Shown here: in pieces, positions 59,079-64,000 of the stretch
Numbering within the stretch: position 1 is the first letter of the stretch
How the letters are laid out: every line of letters starts with the position of its first letter
Virus record (IMG/VR): IMGVR_UViG_3300035703_000033
Coordinates: 32,001 to 96,000 of that record
Length of the DNA: 64,000 nt
Strand: one strand, 5' to 3'
Source: a virus
Notes under the pieces: model-generated
Database searches by the model: none
What the model saw: the letters and a program-made list of their open reading frames with translations, nothing else
Told to the model about the DNA's origin: nothing
Program-made: the position numbers and the translations under genes

Positions 59079-59763
59079 TATTACAGCATATATTGATGAT
59101 CCAGTACGTGGGCATGCAAAGATTAGACAGCTTAGCCCAAAGCGAGAGTGGATGAATTCTGGTCATTATAATTGCTATCCACTAAATGTAGCAAATAGTG
59201 TAGGCTACGGTGTATATTTTGATGAAGATATATCTTTTATATGGGATGGTGTTGCAGAAAATCCACCTAAAGGAATACTTGGATCTAAGTATATATGGGA
59301 GGGAAGAAGTAATGGAGCAGCAAGTTTAGCTACAGGGCTTGTTTTTAAAAGTGATCCAGACGTAAGTCTTATGACTATGCCAATTCCTAATTATTTTAGA
59401 AAAGAATTTAATGTCGTAAGCACTGTTTTATCTACTTCATTTTTTACTGGAGAACTGTCAATAGCATTGCAGATACAGGAAGACTACATAAATAAAGAAA
59501 TTGTTTTGCCAGCAAATACTGACATAGCTTGTATAATTCCAATATCTATTTCTCAATTTAATGAGTCTACTATAAATATTGCAAATCAAAGATACCCATT
59601 TGATAGAATTCATGATAGAAAAGAATATGTTGATGCGTTACATAAGCACTTCAGAGAAACTGGCAAAAGATTAAGACTTTATAAAAATGGTAAAGATGAA
59701 AAGAATAATAAAATAGGAGATCATGAATTGTCTTCCTTAAAAATGAATGTAAAAGAGGTATAA
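59071..59763 (+). CDS. DUF6065-like protein (paralogue of 10786..11481)
   Basis: Both begin MY.ITAY and share R.WM, YNC.P, EDISFIWDG/EEISFIWDG, STSFF.G. Confidence 0.7.
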   Translation: MYNITAYIDDPVRGHAKIRQLSPKREWMNSGHYNCYPLNVANSVGYGVYFDEDISFIWDGVAENPPKGILGSKYIWEGRSNGAASLATGLVFKSDPDVSLMTMPIPNYFRKEFNVVSTVLSTSFFTGELSIALQIQEDYINKEIVLPANTDIACIIPISISQFNESTINIANQRYPFDRIHDRKEYVDALHKHFRETGKRLRLYKNGKDEKNNKIGDHELSSLKMNVKEV

Positions 59764-59766
59764 ATA

Positions 59767-59922
59767 ATGCGTGAAGTTTTTCTTACAACATTAACTGGTG
59801 CAGGTGTCGGTGCAATTTTTGCACTGTTTAAGCTTCCAGTTCCAGCTCCTCCAGTATTTGCAGGAGTTATGGGTATTGTTGGTTTATGGATCGGATATGG
59901 ATTGATTGGAAAACTAGTATAA
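59767..59922 (+). CDS. XapX/DUF1427-like small membrane protein (51 aa, not in ORF track)
   Basis: G.GVGAIFALFKLPVPAPPVFAGVMGIVGLWIGY; SD gaggt. Confidence 0.75.
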   Translation: MREVFLTTLTGAGVGAIFALFKLPVPAPPVFAGVMGIVGLWIGYGLIGKLV

Positions 59923-60020
59923 TGCTACAATTCCTATCAGGCGTTTTACTTGGCTTTATTATTGGATACCCGCTAGGCCTTTGGGCTATTGATTACACTA
60001 GGAAGCATAATGAGCGATAA
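59922..60020 (+). CDS. 32-aa membrane peptide (not in ORF track)
   Basis: MLQFLSGVLLGFIIGYPLGLWAIDYTRKHNER; TAATG coupling. Confidence 0.5.
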   Translation: MLQFLSGVLLGFIIGYPLGLWAIDYTRKHNER

Positions 60021-60345
60021 GAGCAGTTTAGAATTAATTAGTGACATTACAGAGTTTAATGATCTTCATGAATTCATGAAAGACGATCAGCTAGACAGAG
60101 CATTGGCTATTGTTGTAAAGTTGATGATGAATCCAGATGTGCCAGCAGCAAAGGCACCACAGCTTATTATTGAGCTTCAAGCAATGTCTACAAAGTTTTC
60201 TATGCTTGCAGCAGTCTACTCTACAATAGCAAAAGATAAAGCAGGAACGGTAAATAATAATAAAAAGAATGTATATTATTCAGCAAAGGAGTCAATAGAT
60301 AAACTTGTAGACGCACTCAAGTATATCGTTCGTTATAATGGGTAG
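60010..60345 (+). CDS. hypothetical protein
   Basis: ATG 60010 preferred; helical; precedes the exonuclease. Confidence 0.6.
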   Translation: MSDKSSLELISDITEFNDLHEFMKDDQLDRALAIVVKLMMNPDVPAAKAPQLIIELQAMSTKFSMLAAVYSTIAKDKAGTVNNNKKNVYYSAKESIDKLVDALKYIVRYNG

Positions 60346-61105
60346 AGATATTGTAAATAATTTAAAGTTTAAAAAAACTGTTGGAAACTTCGACACGGCA
60401 GTTTTTTCTAAGATGTTGGACGATGCCTATCTGTCTACAAAAAGAGCTGATGACGTAAGAACAAAAAATAGTTTTAGCCCAAGTAGTTTTGGTTACGGAT
60501 ATGGTAATTGTCCAAGATATTGGTACATGGCTTTTTCTGGCGCTATGTTTATAGATAATAATGACTCAATTGCAATTGCTAATATGTCTCAGGGCACACA
60601 GGCTCATGAAAGACTACAGGACATTATTAAAAAAACTGGAACTCTTAAGTATGAAGAGTTAGAGATAACTAATGAGTATCCGCCAATTAGAGGTTTTATA
60701 GATCTAGTTTTAGAATGGAATAACCAAGAGGTAATTGGAGAAATAAAGACTGCTAAGCAGGAAGTTTGGGATACAAAGCAGGCCGAAATGGAGCCTTCAG
60801 CAAACCATTTGCTTCAACTTTTAACTTATATGAAATTAAGAAAAGCTTCTGAAGGGTTTTTGATGTATGAAAATAAAAATACCCAAGAACTTTTACTTAT
60901 ACCTGTTAATATGAATGAAAAAAACAAAGCAAAGATAGACGGTTTATTTATATGGCTACAAGAGGTATATGACAACTATAGGGATGGTGGTCTTCCATTA
61001 AGACCATTTAAAAAAACATCATCAGCCTGTAAGTATTGTCCAATAAAAAAAGACTGCTGGAGTGCTGAAATTGGAGAGGTTCAAATTGAACCTTATGAGG
61101 TTTAA
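60338..61105 (+). CDS. Cas4-like PD-(D/E)XK exonuclease
   Basis: CPRY; GFIDLV; EIKT; QLLTY; CKYCP...C. Confidence 0.85.
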   Translation: MGRDIVNNLKFKKTVGNFDTAVFSKMLDDAYLSTKRADDVRTKNSFSPSSFGYGYGNCPRYWYMAFSGAMFIDNNDSIAIANMSQGTQAHERLQDIIKKTGTLKYEELEITNEYPPIRGFIDLVLEWNNQEVIGEIKTAKQEVWDTKQAEMEPSANHLLQLLTYMKLRKASEGFLMYENKNTQELLLIPVNMNEKNKAKIDGLFIWLQEVYDNYRDGGLPLRPFKKTSSACKYCPIKKDCWSAEIGEVQIEPYEV

Positions 61106-61107
61106 TA

Positions 61108-61392
61108 GTGATTTGTTTTAACTCTGATTGTGCAAAAGAATTTAATGCAAAAACACATAATCAAAAGTATTGCTCAGACGACTGTTGCAGAATTGCAACT
61201 AATAAAAAGATTATGGAAAAATATTATGAAAAAAAGGCTATTAAAAATGGTGCAAAAAGATTATGCAAACAATGTAAGGCTAGTCTAAGTAGATATAATA
61301 CAGAGATGATTTGTTCTTTATGCCTAAAGAGCAGTAATGCAAAACATAATAAAAAAATTATGGAGGCCCTAAATGACCCTAGCATCTCTTAA
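61108..61392 (+). CDS. Cys-rich Zn-finger protein
   Basis: C...C..F....NQKYCS..C; CKQC; CSLC. Confidence 0.65.
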   Translation: MICFNSDCAKEFNAKTHNQKYCSDDCCRIATNKKIMEKYYEKKAIKNGAKRLCKQCKASLSRYNTEMICSLCLKSSNAKHNKKIMEALNDPSIS

Positions 61393-61939
61393 AAAGGTTA
61401 ATGCGTCTAAAGTCTTAGGAATAGATGCATCTACAAATTCTTTTGCATTTTCTTTAATTGAAAATAATAAACCAACAAAGTGGGGCAAGGTTGAATTTTC
61501 TGGCGCTGATATTTATGAGAAAATATATGATGCAAAAATTAAAACAAAGGCTATGCTAAAAGAATTATCTTGCGATTATATTGCAATTGAGGGTGCAGTG
61601 CTTGTCAGATCACCAGATGCTGTGATAAAATTGTCATATGTTTATGGAGTTGTTATTTCAGAGCTTATGTCTACTGGCGCCAGTGTTATCGCTATTTCTC
61701 CTACTGCTTGGCAGGCATTTATTGGCAATAAAAATCCGACAAAAGATGAAAAATCTGCTTTAAAAGCTGCATACCCAGGTTACGCAGAATCTTGGTATAA
61801 AAATAAAATGAGAAATATAAGAAAGCAAAGAACAGCTGATTATTTTAACAATAAGTACGGCTTAAAGATAGAAGATTTCGATGTGGCTGACTCGATGGGT
61901 ATAGCCTATTATGCTAATGAGGTATTAACAAAAAGATGA
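61373..61939 (+). CDS. RuvC-like resolvase
   Basis: VLGIDAS; IAIEG; DVADSMGIA. Confidence 0.8.
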   Translation: MTLASLKKVNASKVLGIDASTNSFAFSLIENNKPTKWGKVEFSGADIYEKIYDAKIKTKAMLKELSCDYIAIEGAVLVRSPDAVIKLSYVYGVVISELMSTGASVIAISPTAWQAFIGNKNPTKDEKSALKAAYPGYAESWYKNKMRNIRKQRTADYFNNKYGLKIEDFDVADSMGIAYYANEVLTKR

Positions 61940-62694
61940 TTATTCAAATTATAGGACTTCCTGGGTCTGGCAAAACAGAGCTAGCAAAGGCTTTAAAGGA
62001 ACGCATAAATGCAATTCATCTTAATGCAGATGAGGTACGCTCTACAGTTAATTCAGATCTTGGTTTTACAAAGGAAGACAGAATAGAGCAGGCCAGACGT
62101 ATGGGAGAAATGGCTAGGCTTATATCAAAGCAAGGTGTTGCCCCAGTAATTGTAGATTTTGTGTGCCCAACAAAAGAAACAAGAGAGGCTTTTGGATTCG
62201 CTAACTTAGTTATTTGGGTGGATAGAATTAAAGAAGGTAGATTTGAAGATACTAATAAGATGTGGGAAGATCCAGATCATTTTGATATTAGAATTCTAGA
62301 TGGCTACACAGTAAAGCAAGAGGTAGACACAGTAATACAGGCTGGAGGTCTATTCGACTGGTCCTCTCCAACAACATTGCAGTTGGGAAGATATCAGCCA
62401 TGGCATGAAGGTCATCAGGCATTAAAGGACGAGGCTCATAAAAGAACTGATCAGGTTTTAGTTGGAGTTAGAAATACATACGGTACTTCAGAAAAAGATC
62501 CAATGACTTATTCAGAAGTAAGACACTATATTGAAAAGGATAATTTTTATAAAAATACCATTATATTAAGATTGCCTAATATTACAAACATTGTTTACGG
62601 TAGAGATGTTGGCTATAAGATTGAGCAAGTAGATTTGGGGGCTGAAATTCATGCTATTAGTGCTACTCAAAAGCGTAAAGAAATGGGTATATAG
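61936..62694 (+). CDS. adenylyl-sulfate kinase-like domain fused to HxGH nucleotidyltransferase
   Basis: GLPGSGKT; LNADEVR..DLGFTKEDR; GRYQPWHEGH. Confidence 0.8.
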   Translation: MIIQIIGLPGSGKTELAKALKERINAIHLNADEVRSTVNSDLGFTKEDRIEQARRMGEMARLISKQGVAPVIVDFVCPTKETREAFGFANLVIWVDRIKEGRFEDTNKMWEDPDHFDIRILDGYTVKQEVDTVIQAGGLFDWSSPTTLQLGRYQPWHEGHQALKDEAHKRTDQVLVGVRNTYGTSEKDPMTYSEVRHYIEKDNFYKNTIILRLPNITNIVYGRDVGYKIEQVDLGAEIHAISATQKRKEMGI

Positions 62695-62765
62695 TTTTAT
62701 TTTTGACAACAAGATTGCAGATGCAGAAGCAAGACTATATTCTGAATGGTTTAAGGAAGATAAAA

Positions 62766-62972
62766 GTGACAAAGGTATCTAAGAAAAGATCATTTGCTAA
62801 GTCTTTAACATGGAGAGTTATTGCATTAATAACAACTTTTATTACATTGTATGCTTTAAGTAAAGATATTAATATGGCTACAATGGCAACAGTTATAACT
62901 AATTTAGTTAATTTTGTTTGCTACTACTACCATGAAAGAGTATGGAATTCGGTATCTTGGGGTAAAGAATGA
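62766..62972 (+). CDS. DUF2061-like membrane protein
   Basis: RSFAKSLTWR...YYYHERVW; GTG 62766 preferred. Confidence 0.75.
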   Translation: MTKVSKKRSFAKSLTWRVIALITTFITLYALSKDINMATMATVITNLVNFVCYYYHERVWNSVSWGKE

Positions 62973-63190
62973 AAGTAACAAAAGCAAGATCATTTGCTAA
63001 GGCATTAAGTTATCGAATATGGGGAACACTGTCTTCTTTCATTGTTGCATATATATTAACAGGTAATGCAACATTATCAGGGGCTATTGCATTTTGGGAA
63101 ACTGTAGTTAAAGTATTTATATATTATGCACATGAACGTGGATGGAACTATATAAAGTGGGGTAGAATAAATGAAACTATATCAAAGTAA
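62969..63190 (+). CDS. DUF2061-like membrane protein
   Basis: RSFAKALSYR...YYAHERGW. Confidence 0.75.
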   Translation: MKVTKARSFAKALSYRIWGTLSSFIVAYILTGNATLSGAIAFWETVVKVFIYYAHERGWNYIKWGRINETISK

Positions 63191-63314
63191 AGATTGGCTT
63201 CGCAGAAGATATGTATTGCAAAGAAAAACTGTAACAGAAATTGCTGCTGAATGCCAGGTTTCAGCAATGACAATACAAAGGTACCTGGAGAAATTTGGAT
63301 TACTTAGAAAATGA
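63171..63314 (+). CDS. 47-aa HTH DNA-binding protein (not in ORF track)
   Basis: MKLYQSKDWLRRRYVLQRKTVTEIAAECQVSAMTIQRYLEKFGLLRK; ATGA overlap with next gene. Confidence 0.7.
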   Translation: MKLYQSKDWLRRRYVLQRKTVTEIAAECQVSAMTIQRYLEKFGLLRK

Positions 63315-63913
63315 TTAAAACAATTTTTATCATAGGAGAGTCTCAGATAGCCTACATGTCTGGCGGAGTTATACACTCTGGTCCACCAAAAGCATTAGAG
63401 TATGGTTCTTATTCAAGAGAGAAGAATGGATACAACATAGTATTTCTATGGCAGCACAGTAGAACAGCATTTAAGGTAGATTTTAATTACCTAGAAGATT
63501 TATTTAAAGATCATTTAGATAAATTAAATGAGGATGCCGTTATAGTCTCTGAATTTGGTGGAATGGATGCAGCTCTAGGACAATATCAAAAGCATAATAA
63601 TATGTCTCAAATTATGACAAAATATACTTCAGAGTGTATTAAATTTGCAAATAAATATAATACTAATTTAGTATTTATGGCACCTTGGTGGCAGGTAGAT
63701 GATGATAATGCTTATAAGCTGTGGTTTGATATTACAGATTTATTAAAAGATATATCTAAGAGCAACCTATTGCCAGAACCCATAGAAATTATGTATAATG
63801 TGGTTCAAAGGCAATATCCAGTATTAGACGAGTGGAAGCATCATACTCCAGAGGACTCTGAGAGAATAGTAGAATATACTATATCACAAATAGAAAAGAT
63901 ATATAATGCTTAA
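63311..63913 (+). CDS. hypothetical protein, possibly SGNH/GDSL-like
   Basis: IFIIGES; FGGMD; C-terminal D..KH. Confidence 0.4.
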   Translation: MIKTIFIIGESQIAYMSGGVIHSGPPKALEYGSYSREKNGYNIVFLWQHSRTAFKVDFNYLEDLFKDHLDKLNEDAVIVSEFGGMDAALGQYQKHNNMSQIMTKYTSECIKFANKYNTNLVFMAPWWQVDDDNAYKLWFDITDLLKDISKSNLLPEPIEIMYNVVQRQYPVLDEWKHHTPEDSERIVEYTISQIEKIYNA

Positions 63914-64000
63914 TCCAGTATTTCCAGATTCAAAAGACTTTAATTGTCAAGATTTATATTTGCTTACAGTCGGTACAGAGGCAGGAAAAGAAATTCTAGA
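63906..64000 (+). CDS. hypothetical protein, 3'-truncated by window edge
   Basis: MLNPVFPDSKDFNCQDLYLLTVGTEAGKEIL.. open to the end. Confidence 0.5.
   Translation, partial: MLNPVFPDSKDFNCQDLYLLTVGTEAGKEIL

Noticed and set aside
60338-61105. CRISPR-Cas system
   Set aside because: Solo Cas4-like nuclease in a recombination module; no other cas genes or arrays.
62651-62782. 43-aa ORF MLLVLLKSVKKWVYSF...
   Set aside because: Overlaps both neighbours with no SD or motif; possible but unsupported.
1-64000. tRNAs, alternative genetic code, terminase, lysis or integrase genes
   Set aside because: None recognised by eye; all three stop codons end genes and coding is dense in the standard code. The missing core genes presumably lie outside the window.

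Overview
64 kb of a large, AT-rich tailed-phage (siphovirus-type) genome. All credible genes are on the + strand in the standard code. Order: modular tail-fibre cluster (1-8946); accessory enzyme island (GNAT-like, DUF6065-like, five intact and two degenerate 2OG-Fe(II)/prolyl-hydroxylase-like oxygenases; 8954-15728); LamG protein; portal, protease/scaffold, capsid, neck and tail genes with a -1 frameshifted chaperone and a 2164-aa tape measure; minor tail/tip proteins; GT60-like glycosyltransferase operon; replication/recombination module (DnaB, primase, SSB, DnaE, MazG, RecA, Cas4-like, RuvC-like); APS-kinase fusion. Layout and leaderless promoters suggest an actinobacteriophage (inference). 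Best candidate for an undescribed system: phage-encoded post-translational decoration of virion surface proteins. An FN3-(FFAPPG)n-Hint protein lies directly upstream of the hydroxylase battery, and a Thr-tract/Cys-rich fibre protein lies directly upstream of a Gnt1-like (Hyp/Thr O-GlcNAc) transferase. No terminase, lysin, integrase, tRNA or CRISPR array was recognised. All family calls are by motif recognition, not database search.
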